Numbered from the stretch's first letter, positions 35,329 to 45,801 are shown. The stretch: DNA of 64,000 nucleotides from Candidatus Sulfomarinibacter kjeldsenii (GCA_014764485.1 JACXWA010000109.1:12769-76768), one strand, 5' to 3'. The notes: generated by a model not told the origin, from the letters alone. A program made the numbers and translations.

Positions 35329-35913
35329 TTGAAAGCGATTGGCGTTCTCGCGCTGCAAGGCGATTGGGCGGCACACTCGATGGCGCTTCGCGATCTGGGA
35401 GCGGAAGTCCGAGCGGTTCGTACGGCGGTGGATCTGGATGATGTTCGGGCGCTGGTAATTCCCGGAGGCGAGTCGTCAGCGATGCTCCGGCTGATGAAGC
35501 CCGAAAACCTGTCCCACAAGATCGTAGAGCGGACCCGGGCGGGAATGGCGGTTCTCGCCACCTGTGCTGGTGTCATTCTCCTCGCGCAGACGGTGGTGCC
35601 GACGCAACCCAGCCTTGCGGTGCTTGCGATCGACGTCGAACGCAACGCCTATGGACGCCAAGTCTGCTCGACGATCGCAGAGGTCGACCTCTCGCCAGAT
35701 TTCGGTGATCCGCCGCGGATGGAGGGAGTTTTCATCCGCGCCCCCCGGATCACAGGGCGGGAAGCATCTGTCGAAGTGCTCGGGAGCTGGGGTAACGACG
35801 CGGTTCTGGTCCGCCAGGACAGAGTCCTCGCCGCCACCTTTCACCCGGAGTTGACGGGGGATCGGCGGGTTCATGAACTATTCCTGCGGATAGGGGAGGA
35901 AGCAAATGGCTAA
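35329..35913 (+). CDS. pdxT: Pyridoxal 5'-phosphate synthase glutaminase subunit PdxT
   Basis: 194 aa. TTG start, IGVLALQGD N-terminus, catalytic Cys (ATCAG), HPE motif. Confidence 0.9.
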   Translation: MKAIGVLALQGDWAAHSMALRDLGAEVRAVRTAVDLDDVRALVIPGGESSAMLRLMKPENLSHKIVERTRAGMAVLATCAGVILLAQTVVPTQPSLAVLAIDVERNAYGRQVCSTIAEVDLSPDFGDPPRMEGVFIRAPRITGREASVEVLGSWGNDAVLVRQDRVLAATFHPELTGDRRVHELFLRIGEEANG

Positions 35914-36667
35914 AGATGTTCTGGTCCATGAAGAGAACCGAAGCATTCACCGATTGGTGATGGACCACGGGCCGAACGCGCTCGATCCAGCGCTCATGTC
36001 GGCCCTGCGGAAGAGTCTCAGCCGGCTTGCCGAGGACGGCGCACCATGTGTTGTTCTCGCCTCCTCTCACCCAACCCTTTTCTGCCCAGGCTGGAACCTC
36101 AAGCTGCTAGCCCACGCAGACCGCGACGAAGTTGGTGAGTTTCTCCAGGCCTTCAATACGCTGATTCTGGATCTGTTTTCGTACCCAGGCCCGACCGCGG
36201 CTGCAATCGGCGGCCACTCGGTAGCGGCAGGCTGTTTGGTCTCACTTTGCTGTGACTTGCGGGTCATGGCGACCGGACAGGCCAGACAAGGTTTGTCGGA
36301 GCTCAATCTTGGTGTGCCCGTTCCCGGGAGTTGCCTGCGGATGATGCGGGCCCGCCTCAGCTCTCCCGCTCTTGATGAACTCGTTTTTCGTGGAGAGGGA
36401 TGTACCGCAACCCGTGCGCGGGAACTCGGGATCGTGCACCGCACTGCGGCCGCCGCGGACACTCTGGCGGTGACCGAACTCGAGCTCGGGAAGCTGGCCG
36501 GACGCCCTCGTCAGGCATTTGTAGAGTCGAAGCGGTTCCTCTTTGGCGATACGTGGGAAGCCATGCGGCGCGGAGCGCCGGACGAAGACGCCGCATTCCT
36601 CGACTGTTGGTTCCAGAAGGAAACCAGGGAGCGGATCGCCAGCGTAGCCAATCAGCTTCGCCAGTGA
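35906..36667 (+). CDS. Enoyl-CoA hydratase/isomerase (crotonase) family protein
   Basis: 253 aa. Crotonase fold motifs (FCPGWNL, IGGHSVAAGCLVSLCCDLRV). Start overlaps the pdxT stop by 8 nt. Confidence 0.8.
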   Translation: MAKDVLVHEENRSIHRLVMDHGPNALDPALMSALRKSLSRLAEDGAPCVVLASSHPTLFCPGWNLKLLAHADRDEVGEFLQAFNTLILDLFSYPGPTAAAIGGHSVAAGCLVSLCCDLRVMATGQARQGLSELNLGVPVPGSCLRMMRARLSSPALDELVFRGEGCTATRARELGIVHRTAAAADTLAVTELELGKLAGRPRQAFVESKRFLFGDTWEAMRRGAPDEDAAFLDCWFQKETRERIASVANQLRQ

Positions 36668-37611
36668 CGGGAAATGACCGTCAGCTCGTGGTAGATCCTC
36701 GGATCGACCGCGCGGTGGCGCACATCCACAGCCTCCCACTACGGTGGTCTGATCGGGACGAAGGTGACACCGAAGAGTCCGTTCTCGCCCGCGGCTGGTT
36801 CCGGGGCGCTGGCGAGTGTGCTCGGGTCCTCGCTACCCAGGCGCGGCTGGAGATCGGGGAGGGCCGGGGATTCGGGGCGAGTTGGCCGATCCTGAGGCGC
36901 GGGGCCTGGACTGTGGCGCCAGCCATGCCTGTGGCCTTGGGCGGGGATATGGCAGTTGGTATTGACGGGGAGTATCGGGACGATTCGGCGGGTGTGTGGC
37001 GTGAGGCCGGGGGCGCCGAAGACCTTTTTCTGACTCCCGATCCGTTGCAATCCGCACCGGGGGCGCCATTCGATCTTCTGTGGTTTGGCGACTTCGAGCG
37101 ATTTCTTTTGCGTAAAGGGACGCTTGAAATCGAGGATCTTTTCGGGGTTCTTCGAGTCCCGGCGAACCCGCGGCTACTGGACCGCCTTCTGGTTCGCTCT
37201 CGACGCAAGGAGGACGGAGTCCTGGTTGATTTGCCGATGATCGACGGATCTGGACCTCAGACAATTGAGGTGCGGCGCCCCGAAGATCTCAACCGTGGTG
37301 ACGACTGGCGCAACCCCTCGACCTTTCTTGAGGCGCGGGCCGATATCGAGAGCGCCCGATCTCGAGGGGCGACCATCGAGGCGCAGGTCATAGGCGGCGC
37401 AACCGCGATTTTCGAGCATGATGACGATGAGGACGGATGGCGTTTGAGGCTCAGAGACGGGCGCTATGTCTTTACGGAGATCCGTGTTGCCCGTCGTGCG
37501 AGGACGCTCAGCCTTTGCACAACACTCGATGGCGAAATAGACGCCCTGGCGCCGGGTATGCGTGGGAGGCTGGTTTTCGACCTCCGCGCCGATCTCGTGA
37601 CCCTCGGTTGA
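36664..37611 (+). CDS. Hypothetical protein (orphan, no domain recognised)
   Basis: The 5' part of the 403-aa track ORF overlaps the crotonase gene out of frame. The likely start is GTG 36664, forming a GTGA overlap with the crotonase stop. Acidic, with no TM helix or motif I recognise. Confidence 0.5.
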   Translation: MTGNDRQLVVDPRIDRAVAHIHSLPLRWSDRDEGDTEESVLARGWFRGAGECARVLATQARLEIGEGRGFGASWPILRRGAWTVAPAMPVALGGDMAVGIDGEYRDDSAGVWREAGGAEDLFLTPDPLQSAPGAPFDLLWFGDFERFLLRKGTLEIEDLFGVLRVPANPRLLDRLLVRSRRKEDGVLVDLPMIDGSGPQTIEVRRPEDLNRGDDWRNPSTFLEARADIESARSRGATIEAQVIGGATAIFEHDDDEDGWRLRLRDGRYVFTEIRVARRARTLSLCTTLDGEIDALAPGMRGRLVFDLRADLVTLG

Positions 37612-37624
37612 GGTTGTAGAGCGA

Positions 37625-38404
37625 TCAGAACTGATAGAGGCGGTCCTGTTCGAGCTCTTCTACCGGGACCGGCAGCTCAGCCGCGGCCAGCTCCTCGCGG
37701 AGCTCGTCGATATATGGCGGCTTGAAGTGATAGAGGTAGACGGGAACGTCGCGTTTGAGTTTCTCGAGTTCGGCACACAGGGTCTTCGGGGTGAGGTGGA
37801 GGCTGACATCAGCCACGTCCTGCATCCGATTTGGGAAGGAGACCTCGGTGATGATGGCGGCCAGGTCTTCGGTGGCATTGGCTACCGCCCAGATTCGCGA
37901 AGTCGGGCCGGTGTCCGAAGTGAAGATCACGCTTGAGCGCCCTTGACGGAGTAACAGCCCGGTGGTTGGCACGATGTGGTTGACCTCTACCGCAGTCACC
38001 TCGAGTGGGCCGCCTGGAAGGTTGTCGATTGTGAAGGGTATTTCGATCTCGATTTCCTCGAACCTCACCGATGGATACATGTGGTTGGGTATCCGGGTAA
38101 AGTCGGGCCAGGTGTCGTTGTTGAAGAGGTGCCGGCGGACCCCCGCGAGGACCCGTTTCGTGCAGAATATCGACACCGGTTGGTCACTGGAACCGAAGGA
38201 ATTCTCGACCAGGAAGGGAAGGGTATTTGTGTGATCCATGTGGGTGTGGGTAATCAACACATGACGAACCTGTCGCTGCTCGGAGATGGTGAGTGCGCGA
38301 GTGATGGCGCCGGCATCGACCGCCACCTGACCGTCAACCAGGAAGGATGTCATCCTACACTCGGGACTGTCGCCCCCAAAGCTCCCAAGAACCCGAAAAT
38401 CCAT
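37625..38404 (-). CDS. MBL-fold metallo-hydrolase, class II cyclic-nucleotide phosphodiesterase-like
   Basis: 259 aa. Metal motif HVLITHTHMDH. The overall N-terminal pattern (VLGSFGG...LVD...DAG) resembles class II 3',5'-cNMP phosphodiesterases. Confidence 0.6.
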   Translation of the reverse strand: MDFRVLGSFGGDSPECRMTSFLVDGQVAVDAGAITRALTISEQRQVRHVLITHTHMDHTNTLPFLVENSFGSSDQPVSIFCTKRVLAGVRRHLFNNDTWPDFTRIPNHMYPSVRFEEIEIEIPFTIDNLPGGPLEVTAVEVNHIVPTTGLLLRQGRSSVIFTSDTGPTSRIWAVANATEDLAAIITEVSFPNRMQDVADVSLHLTPKTLCAELEKLKRDVPVYLYHFKPPYIDELREELAAAELPVPVEELEQDRLYQF

Positions 38405-38436
38405 GCACTGAGTATAACCGGAACGGCGCGGGTACC

Positions 38437-39522
38437 ATGAGTGCGATGAATCACGTCGAGGAACCTTTACTCAGGCTCGGTCTTGTCCTCGCTGGTGGAG
38501 GATCCCGCATCCGGCGGCTGGTCGCGGAAGTGTCTGATGGAGAACCGCTCGGTGTCGGCCTATCCAACAGTGGGTTGCCGCCGGCTCTTCTCGACACTGC
38601 GACAAAGCTCGCGCGTGCCGAGGCAAAGACCACGATCGAGCGCATCACGACGGCCGGGTGGCAATGGCTGATCCCAGGCGACGGTCAATATCCCGAGTTG
38701 CTCGCGGCTACCGCCGACCCACCGCTGGGTCTCTTCGTGCGGGGGCGCCTCGAGGCGCGGCCGACGGTCGCAATCGTCGGTTCGCGCAAGGCAACCCCTT
38801 ATGGCATCCAGGTTGCGCGCTTGCTTGGTGAAGAGCTTGGAAAGGCCGGCGTGGTGATGGTGTCGGGTATGGCGCGGGGCGTGGATGAGGCGGCACACAG
38901 CGGAACTCTCGCTGCCGGTGGGCCGAGTTGGGCAGTGTGGGGAACAGGCCCGGACCGCATCTACCCCCCCGAACATGGAGAGCTGGCCGAAGAACTGGCC
39001 GCGACCGGGGCGCTGATCACAGAATATCCACCCGGCACTCCACCGCGGCGGCATCACTTTCCCGAGCGCAATAGAATTCTCTCCGGTCTTGCCAGGGCGG
39101 TGGTGGTGGTCGAAGCAGGTGCCAGGTCGGGAGCGCTCATCACCGCGCGGCTCGCCATGGAGGAGGGACGCGAAGTGCTGGCGGTTCCGGGTAACATTTT
39201 CTCCGAGCTTTCAGTCGGCCCTAACACCCTTTTACGGGTCGGCGCGCGGCCGCTCCTGACGCCCCGCGATCTTTTCGAGGCCATCGGCCATGAGTCGCCG
39301 GCCGAGACCCAATCGCCCCCAGCGGACGGCCTGCTGCGCCTGATTGGCGTGGGCGAGGCTCTGACGGCTGATGAGATCGCAATCCGGGCCGGGATCGCGG
39401 TCAGCGAGGTTCTCGGAGACCTTCTTGCGCTCGAACTTGCTGGCGAGATTTCGCGCGGAGAGGATGGGCAGTATTCACGACGACATGTCCCGAAAGGCGG
39501 GAAATGCGGGGACGCCGGATGA
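38437..39522 (+). CDS. dprA: DNA processing protein DprA
   Basis: Trimmed to ATG 38437. Rossmann-like DprA core ([13 protein letters not shown]...VSGMARGVD...FPERNRIL). Confidence 0.85.
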   Translation: MSAMNHVEEPLLRLGLVLAGGGSRIRRLVAEVSDGEPLGVGLSNSGLPPALLDTATKLARAEAKTTIERITTAGWQWLIPGDGQYPELLAATADPPLGLFVRGRLEARPTVAIVGSRKATPYGIQVARLLGEELGKAGVVMVSGMARGVDEAAHSGTLAAGGPSWAVWGTGPDRIYPPEHGELAEELAATGALITEYPPGTPPRRHHFPERNRILSGLARAVVVVEAGARSGALITARLAMEEGREVLAVPGNIFSELSVGPNTLLRVGARPLLTPRDLFEAIGHESPAETQSPPADGLLRLIGVGEALTADEIAIRAGIAVSEVLGDLLALELAGEISRGEDGQYSRRHVPKGGKCGDAG

Positions 39523-40871
39523 GCGACCCCCGTGTGCTCGTGGTTGGTGGAGGGCTCGCGGGCACCGAGGCCGCGTGGCAGTTGGCGGAGGCCGGCATCG
39601 ACGTGGTACTCGCTGAAATGCGCCCCTCGCGCCCAACACCGGTTCATAGGGGAAGTCTCCTCGCAGAACTCGTATGTTCAAACTCGCTCCGGGGTGACGC
39701 GCCGACCAACGCCGTTGGTGTCCTAAAGGCCGAAATGGAGGAACTCGGCTCTTTGATTGTGCGCACCGCTCGGCAAGCCGCAGTGCCGGCGGGTGGCGCC
39801 CTTGCTGTCGATCGGGACATCTTTGCGCGGGGCGTGACGAAAGCAGTAACGGAGCACACGCGGATCACCGTTGAACGCCGGGAGGTGGTCGACGTGCCCA
39901 ATCGTCCCGCCATCATTGCCACCGGGCCGCTCACGTCGCCCGCGCTTCATCGCGTCCTCAATGACGAACTTGGCGGCGAGGAGCTGTCCTTCTTTGACGC
40001 TGTGGCGCCGATCGTCGCGGCGGACTCGCTCGATATGGGTCGTCTCTTCAGAGCTTCTCGGTACGGCAAGGGTGAAGGCGCCGATTACCTCAATGCGCCG
40101 CTCGGCCGCGAGGCCTATGAACATTTTATTGATGCTCTCCTGGGGGCGGAGAAGGTTGCCCTCAAGGGGTTCGAAAGGCTGGACATTCAATACTTTGAGG
40201 GTTGCCTGCCGATTGAGGTCATGGCCGAGAGGGGCCGCGAAACCCTACGGTTCGGGCCAATGAAGCCGGTTGGCCTCGAGGACCCGACAACCGGGCGCCG
40301 ACCGTGGGCGGTCGTCCAGTTGCGCCAAGATGATCTTGCCGCCGAACACTGGAATCTGGTTGGCTTTCAAACCAAGCTCACACACGGCGAGCAGAAGCGG
40401 ATCTTCCGCACCATTCCGGGTTTAGAGCAGGCCCGATTCGTGCGCCTCGGGATGATTCATCGAAATACTTTCATCAACGCTCCACGGCACCTCGACGCCA
40501 CGCTTCGTCTGCAATCCCGACCAACAATCCGACTGGCGGGCCAGATAACCGGAGTCGAGGGCTATGTTGAGTCGGCGGCAACCGGACTTCTTGCGGGTCG
40601 CCTGCTCGCCGCAGAAATGGCGGGGCTCGAACTGAGACCGCCGCCACCCGAAACGGCCCTGGGTGGGTTGGTGCGGCACCTCACGGCGAGCAACCCCTCG
40701 ACCTTCCAACCCTCCAATATCAACTGGGGCCTTATGTCCCCACCTTCGGAGCTGGCGGCGATGAAGAACCGCCGCGATCGCCGCCTTCGCCACGCAAGTC
40801 TCGCGGTCGACGCCATTCGCGGATGGGCAAAGTCCCTCGGGACATGTGATGCTGATCACGACCCGCAGTGA
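39519..40871 (+). CDS. trmFO: Methylenetetrahydrofolate--tRNA-(uracil54-C5)-methyltransferase TrmFO
   Basis: ATG 39519 forms an ATGA overlap with the dprA stop. FAD motif [14 protein letters not shown]. Conserved TrmFO blocks ([24 protein letters not shown]). Confidence 0.9.
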   Translation: MSDPRVLVVGGGLAGTEAAWQLAEAGIDVVLAEMRPSRPTPVHRGSLLAELVCSNSLRGDAPTNAVGVLKAEMEELGSLIVRTARQAAVPAGGALAVDRDIFARGVTKAVTEHTRITVERREVVDVPNRPAIIATGPLTSPALHRVLNDELGGEELSFFDAVAPIVAADSLDMGRLFRASRYGKGEGADYLNAPLGREAYEHFIDALLGAEKVALKGFERLDIQYFEGCLPIEVMAERGRETLRFGPMKPVGLEDPTTGRRPWAVVQLRQDDLAAEHWNLVGFQTKLTHGEQKRIFRTIPGLEQARFVRLGMIHRNTFINAPRHLDATLRLQSRPTIRLAGQITGVEGYVESAATGLLAGRLLAAEMAGLELRPPPPETALGGLVRHLTASNPSTFQPSNINWGLMSPPSELAAMKNRRDRRLRHASLAVDAIRGWAKSLGTCDADHDPQ

Positions 40872-41161
40872 ACCTTTTGCCTGTCGCCGTCGTCTATATA
40901 CATGAGGACGGAAACTTGGGACCACGGATTTTTAAATACGCGCGCGGCGCGGCGAACGACGGAGCGGATTGGCCCGCGGCCCGCGAAGGGCGGGAGACGG
41001 TTGTGATTGCCGACTCCGGGTCCACGGCAGAGGTGCTGGTGTTTTCCCCCGACGAGCAGATCGCGCAGGGCGGGGAGTTCCACTATCTTGGCACGACGTG
41101 GGTCGTCACCGGCGCCCGCCGCGACAGCGGCATTTTGGTGGCGGAACCCGCCGCGCACTGA
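40868..41161 (+). CDS. Hypothetical small protein (97 aa)
   Basis: GTG start overlaps the trmFO stop (GTGA). Codon bias looks coding, but no motif was recognised. Confidence 0.4.
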   Translation: MNLLPVAVVYIHEDGNLGPRIFKYARGAANDGADWPAAREGRETVVIADSGSTAEVLVFSPDEQIAQGGEFHYLGTTWVVTGARRDSGILVAEPAAH

Positions 41162-41266
41162 TCTCCACCCGCCCGCCGGCGGGAAGACGGCTATACGGCT
41201 ATTCGGGCAGACGGCACACACTTTTGTCAACGCTGACGCCAAGCCAAACCGTTCTGCCGCAAAGCT

Positions 41267-42187
41267 CTATCCTTTCGGGTGGCTTTTTCGGTGGACCGCC
41301 ATCAGATGCGCCAGGTCGACCTTGGTATAGATCTGTGTTGTGGCAAGGGAGCTGTGGCCGAGGAGCTCCTGGATCGCTCGAAGGTCCATTCCCGCCTCCA
41401 GAAGATGGGTGGCGAATGCGTGACGCAGCGCGTGCGGGTGGAGATGATTGAGATCCGCAGTGTGGCGGACGGCGTGGTCGAGTTGACGGCGGATGGACCG
41501 ATCACTGAGGCGACCGCCGCGTTGGTTGACGAACAGAGGTTCGCTCTCGTCAGCGACACCTCGACGCCAATGGGCGCGTTCGGGAAGATAGGCTTCGATG
41601 GCCTTCGCTGCTGGCCGGCCGAACGGAACGAGGCGTTCTTTGCGCCCTTTGCCGCGCACCCGAACCATCCGCTGACCGAGTTGAACATCACCGAGGTCGA
41701 GGGCCACGAGTTCGCCGACGCGGAGTCCTGCTGCGTAAAGAAGCTCCATCGCCGCGCGGTCTCGGCGCCCCGCGGGGGTTTCGGGAAATCCTTCAAGGAG
41801 TTCCTCGATCGCGTAACGTTCGGCAATCTCCGGTGTTCGTTGGACATCGTGGGGGTGGGGCACAGCATCTGCCGGGCTCGCTTCGAGGGCGCCCTCGGAC
41901 ACCAGGAAGCGAAAATAAGTCCGGAGCGCGGCCAGGGCCCGCGCGACGGAACGCGGCTGGAGACCGCGTGAGTGGAGATGGGCGAGGTGGGCCCGCACCG
42001 TTACCGGTGTCGTTTGCGCGGGCTGTTGATGTTCGAGGTCAGAGGCGACGAAATTGACAAAAGAGAGGATTTCGCGGCGATAGGCGCGGAGGGTGGCGGG
42101 TGAAAGATTGCGTTCCCACTCAAGGTGTTCCAGAAACGCATCGACCAACCAGGGGCGGAGGTCGCTGTCACCGGTGCCGTCACTCAT
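41267..42187 (-). CDS. Tyrosine recombinase, XerC/XerD family
   Basis: Trimmed to ATG 42187 (MSDGTGDS...). SAM-like N-domain plus catalytic residues R...HxLRH...Y (HPHALRHAFATHLL, TTQIYT). Confidence 0.85.
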   Translation of the reverse strand: MSDGTGDSDLRPWLVDAFLEHLEWERNLSPATLRAYRREILSFVNFVASDLEHQQPAQTTPVTVRAHLAHLHSRGLQPRSVARALAALRTYFRFLVSEGALEASPADAVPHPHDVQRTPEIAERYAIEELLEGFPETPAGRRDRAAMELLYAAGLRVGELVALDLGDVQLGQRMVRVRGKGRKERLVPFGRPAAKAIEAYLPERAHWRRGVADESEPLFVNQRGGRLSDRSIRRQLDHAVRHTADLNHLHPHALRHAFATHLLEAGMDLRAIQELLGHSSLATTQIYTKVDLAHLMAVHRKSHPKG

Positions 42188-42966
42188 ACCAGCGCCCCGG
42201 GCCGGGGTGAGAGCTTGCCGAAAGCTCTCCACCAGCACAGGCGCATCGTATCGGCGAACATCTCTTTCGAATGCTTCACCGCCATCACCCGCGAGGCTTC
42301 GATATGATTCCATCGAACACCGACCTCGTTGAGTTCGAAGCCCCAGGAGTCGGCAAGCAACAAAAGTTCGACATCGAAAGCGAAGCCGTCAAGGCGTTGA
42401 ACGCCCGCCAGGGCGCGCGCCAACTCACCCGGGAAGAGCTTGAAGCCGCACTGTGTGTCTCGAATCCCGGTCAGCCGCATCATGCGGAGAATGAGGTTAA
42501 ACGTGCGCCCCATGAGATCCCGGTGCCGTGGTTGGGGAGTCTCCACCAGCCGCCGCTCGACGGCTCGCGAACCGACCGCCACTGAACACCGGGATGCGGC
42601 CCGGGCAAGGACTGGCAATTCCTCGATGGGTGCCGAAAGGTCAGCGTCGGTAAGCAGCACCCAGCGGCCAACAGCATGGTCGAAGCCGGAGCGCACGGCA
42701 GCCCCCTTGCCAAGATTATTTGGGTGTTTGACGATGCGGAGGTCAATGCCGCGCGGCAGGTCGATGCCGGCAGCCGCAGCAGCGGTTCCGTCCGATGAGC
42801 CGTCGTCGATGACGATGATCTCGGCTGGCTGCCAATCGGGGTGAGTGCCGAGATAAGTGCCGATTCGAACCAGAGTTGGCGGTAGCCTGTCGGCCTCATT
42901 CAGTGCCGGAATAACTACCGACAGCTCGAGTTGGTCCGCTGGGCGGGCGTCGTCAGCCGCGGTCAT
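42184..42966 (-). CDS. Family 2 glycosyltransferase (dolichyl/polyprenyl-phosphate glycosyltransferase-like)
   Basis: Trimmed to ATG 42966. Motifs LSVVIPALNE and IIVIDDGSSDGT, with a DAD motif (LLTDADLS). Its stop overlaps the Xer start (ATGA). Confidence 0.8.
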   Translation of the reverse strand: MTAADDARPADQLELSVVIPALNEADRLPPTLVRIGTYLGTHPDWQPAEIIVIDDGSSDGTAAAAAGIDLPRGIDLRIVKHPNNLGKGAAVRSGFDHAVGRWVLLTDADLSAPIEELPVLARAASRCSVAVGSRAVERRLVETPQPRHRDLMGRTFNLILRMMRLTGIRDTQCGFKLFPGELARALAGVQRLDGFAFDVELLLLADSWGFELNEVGVRWNHIEASRVMAVKHSKEMFADTMRLCWWRAFGKLSPRPGALV

Positions 42967-43165
42967 TTGGAGTTCCGGAGCGCATGCACCGCACCAACTT
43001 AGCGAAGTCCGGAAAGGAAGTCGATGCGACACTTCGCGGGCCGCACACCGTTACAAACCCACCGACTGAAAGGTGGGAGGATTCTGCGGACGACGAGTCG
43101 TCGCGGCGGGAAGGATGCGTGGGATTGTCTTCAAGCGTCGAAGGCGCAGAGACGTTCGAGGCCTG

Positions 43166-43648
43166 TCACGCGGCGCCGTCCACCACTGCGGCTGCTGCGG
43201 CCAGGCGGAGCGCCGAGCCCCGCCCCCCGATGATTCCCGAAAGACCGAAGGTTCCAACTCCAACCAAAGCGGCCACCAACACCCAGAAGACACGTTGCGG
43301 CCGAACCGCCTCCGAGAAGCTGATCCCTGCAAGCAACATCCCGGGAGTCGCTTGACGGACAACAACAAGGACAGCTGCTGAAAACAACCACCACACAACC
43401 CCGAGCGCAGCGGCCCAAACAAACGCCGGCAGGGCCGGTCGTTCTCCAAGCACAAGAATGGCAATGAGTGCGCCGGTGCAAACAGCCAGCATCCCCACAA
43501 GATCGGCCCAGGAGGAGGCAATTACGGTAAGGGCTGGCGGCAGATCATGGTTGTGGGGCGGCAACGAAGAGCGCTCGCGGCTGATCTCGGTGGGTCGCTC
43601 GACCAGCGCATCCCAGTCACCGGGCATGGTCTTTCGATCGTCGGTCAT
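43166..43648 (-). CDS. Putative RDD-family membrane protein
   Basis: 160 aa with about 3 TM helices. The motif RQATPGMLLAGISF resembles the RDD-domain GxTxGxxxxGxxV loop. Start forms an ATGA overlap with the TPR gene stop. Confidence 0.45.
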   Translation of the reverse strand: MTDDRKTMPGDWDALVERPTEISRERSSLPPHNHDLPPALTVIASSWADLVGMLAVCTGALIAILVLGERPALPAFVWAAALGVVWWLFSAAVLVVVRQATPGMLLAGISFSEAVRPQRVFWVLVAALVGVGTFGLSGIIGGRGSALRLAAAAAVVDGAA

Positions 43649-45801
43649 CGATCGGAGAGACTTCCGATGAAGATTTCCAACTGCATGTCAATCGGACGCG
43701 TTTTGTACGTTTCGACAAACTCCAATATGCGCGGAATCTCGCCATCCTCGGGCTGGCGTTGCTGGAGCTCGGTGAGATAGGACTCGGCGTTCGAAAGGTT
43801 GAATGCGCGGAGCTCCGCTAAGGCGGCGTTGAAAAGGAAACGGTCCAAAGCTGCGTCCACCTCAGAATCGTCTGGGCGCTTTGCCAGCAACGCCTTCGAG
43901 AGGTTGATTGCAGCCTGATGATTGCCTGTCTTGACGGCGCCATAGAGATCCACAGCAACCGGCTCCACCTCGAGGATTCGTTGTCGAACGTCCTCGAGGC
44001 CCGGGTCGTTTGGGTGGGCCCTGAGTTCGGACATGACGCGTTCGTAGGCCGCCATCCAACGGCCTTCCTCGAGGAGCTCGCGACACGTGGTCAGACCTTC
44101 GGGAATGGGGGTGGGAACCGGGGTCGCGATTGCTGCCCGGTATTCGTTGAGAGCGCGGTCGATTCGCGTTTGGAATGGATCATCGGCCGAATTCTGCTCG
44201 AGGTGAAGAATCGCCTCCTCAACCCGCTTCTGGTTGTACATCACCTCCGCCTCAGCGAGAACCCGGCCGACAATGTTGACTCGCTGTTCAGCCTCCGGGG
44301 CGGGCGCAAAGAATCCACCGAACCACATTGCGACTCCCAAGATCACAATGCCTGCCCCACCGATCGCTGCCCATAACTGCCAGGAGAATTTGCGTTTGGG
44401 TTTTACAGGCGCTCGCCACGCGGCTTCTGACGCTTGTGGCGGGCCAGGGGCGGCTTGGCCGAAATCTGCGTTCGCCTCGAACTCTTCTGTGAAGAGATCG
44501 TCTTCCAATTCGGGCATCGAGCCGTCTCCGGCAGACTCGCTATTATCGGGGTGAGTTCCGCGCTGAACGGCTTCCTGGATGCGGATGGCCTCAACGTTAT
44601 TCGGGCTGAGTTCGAGGGTTCGCCGAACAAAATCCGCTGCCACCTCGAGGTCTCCGTTGAGGTGCGAAGAGCGGGCGTCAGCTAACATCGGCTCGATTCG
44701 GCGCTCGATCTCTTCCTTACTGTGCCGAATGTGCTCGATGCGGTCCAATGCCTCTTCATTCGTGTGGTCGATGAGCAGAATTCTCGACCACGCGTCGATT
44801 GCGGCGGCGAAGTCATCCTCAGCCGCGGCGGCACCGCCTTTGGTGAGTAGATCGCGAATGACCGCCGAAGTGTCACTCGGGTCGACCGTGACCTCCTCAG
44901 AATCTCCCGCCGACATCGTCGGCCCTGTTTCGAACAGGCCCTCTTCGGCCACATCCGCCTCTTCGTAATACGCATCGGTCGATGCCGGAGGTTCGGGAGC
45001 CGCCGTGGCCGGCCCCGGAGCGGCCGAGACGTGCTGGGGCGGTGGGCCCGGCTCGGGATCTTCTGCAGACCTCGCTTCCTCTAAGCTCGCGCCGCTATCC
45101 ACTCCAATTGTTGGGCCATTGTGTTCGGGCTCAGAAAAAAGATCTGAGGAGCCGACCGCGGGTTCGAAGCCGCCGATGTCCGGCTCGCCGGAGTCCGCCG
45201 GGGCTTCCTGTTCTTCCCCAGCAGAGCCGGCCTGATCGAGCGACACGTTTCCGGCCTGCTCAATCTGCGCGATGGTCTGAGCAATCTCGCTGTGGTGGGG
45301 GTCGAGAGTCTGTGCCATCATCACGAAATTGGCGGCTTCCTGCGAGTCACCGCGTGCGAGGGCATCACGCGCCTGTTGGAGAAACTGACCAACCTGTGAC
45401 GAGCCCTTTGTTGCGTTTTCGAGCTGCGAAAGGAGGAAGCGTGCCTCTTCGTGGCCTGGAAGATCGAGCAACACCTGTTCAACCTTCGCTCGTGCACCCT
45501 CAAAATTACGCTCGTCGTACATCTCCACAGCCTCCACCAGCAACGTGTTGATGGTCTCGGTAGTCGGAGCCTGGAGCTGTGACAGTACGGCGTTGAGATC
45601 AATCTCCGCCGCCCCCGAAGACAGTTGCTGATGTAGGTTTTGGGCCGGTGCGTAGGCGGGATCGAGTCGGAGTACGAACTCCAAGCCGATGAGGGCTTCC
45701 TCTCGATTTCCCTGTTGGAGTTTTTCCACCACCTGTTTAAAGGCGGTCATCACGCGATCCTGGGCCTGGGGAGAGAGCTCGGTGTTGCCGGGATACGCCA
45801 T
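43645..45801 (-). CDS. TPR-repeat protein with a central TM segment
   Basis: 718 aa. TPR-like helical repeats at both ends, an acidic low-complexity middle, and one hydrophobic helix (WQLWAAIGGAGIVILGVAMWF). Confidence 0.7.
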   Translation of the reverse strand: MAYPGNTELSPQAQDRVMTAFKQVVEKLQQGNREEALIGLEFVLRLDPAYAPAQNLHQQLSSGAAEIDLNAVLSQLQAPTTETINTLLVEAVEMYDERNFEGARAKVEQVLLDLPGHEEARFLLSQLENATKGSSQVGQFLQQARDALARGDSQEAANFVMMAQTLDPHHSEIAQTIAQIEQAGNVSLDQAGSAGEEQEAPADSGEPDIGGFEPAVGSSDLFSEPEHNGPTIGVDSGASLEEARSAEDPEPGPPPQHVSAAPGPATAAPEPPASTDAYYEEADVAEEGLFETGPTMSAGDSEEVTVDPSDTSAVIRDLLTKGGAAAAEDDFAAAIDAWSRILLIDHTNEEALDRIEHIRHSKEEIERRIEPMLADARSSHLNGDLEVAADFVRRTLELSPNNVEAIRIQEAVQRGTHPDNSESAGDGSMPELEDDLFTEEFEANADFGQAAPGPPQASEAAWRAPVKPKRKFSWQLWAAIGGAGIVILGVAMWFGGFFAPAPEAEQRVNIVGRVLAEAEVMYNQKRVEEAILHLEQNSADDPFQTRIDRALNEYRAAIATPVPTPIPEGLTTCRELLEEGRWMAAYERVMSELRAHPNDPGLEDVRQRILEVEPVAVDLYGAVKTGNHQAAINLSKALLAKRPDDSEVDAALDRFLFNAALAELRAFNLSNAESYLTELQQRQPEDGEIPRILEFVETYKTRPIDMQLEIFIGSLSDR

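Noticed and set aside
36400-36663. 5' extension of the 403-aa ORF 36400-37611
   Set aside because: This part overlaps the crotonase gene in another frame. A GTG at 36664 forming GTGA with the crotonase stop gives a non-overlapping gene.
41187-41202. Tandem ACGGCTAT x2 and the nearby CCCGCCGGCGGG palindrome between the small ORF and the Xer gene
   Set aside because: Two copies of an 8-mer and a short GC palindrome in a convergent spacer are most simply terminator-like structure. They are too short to call a repeat element.
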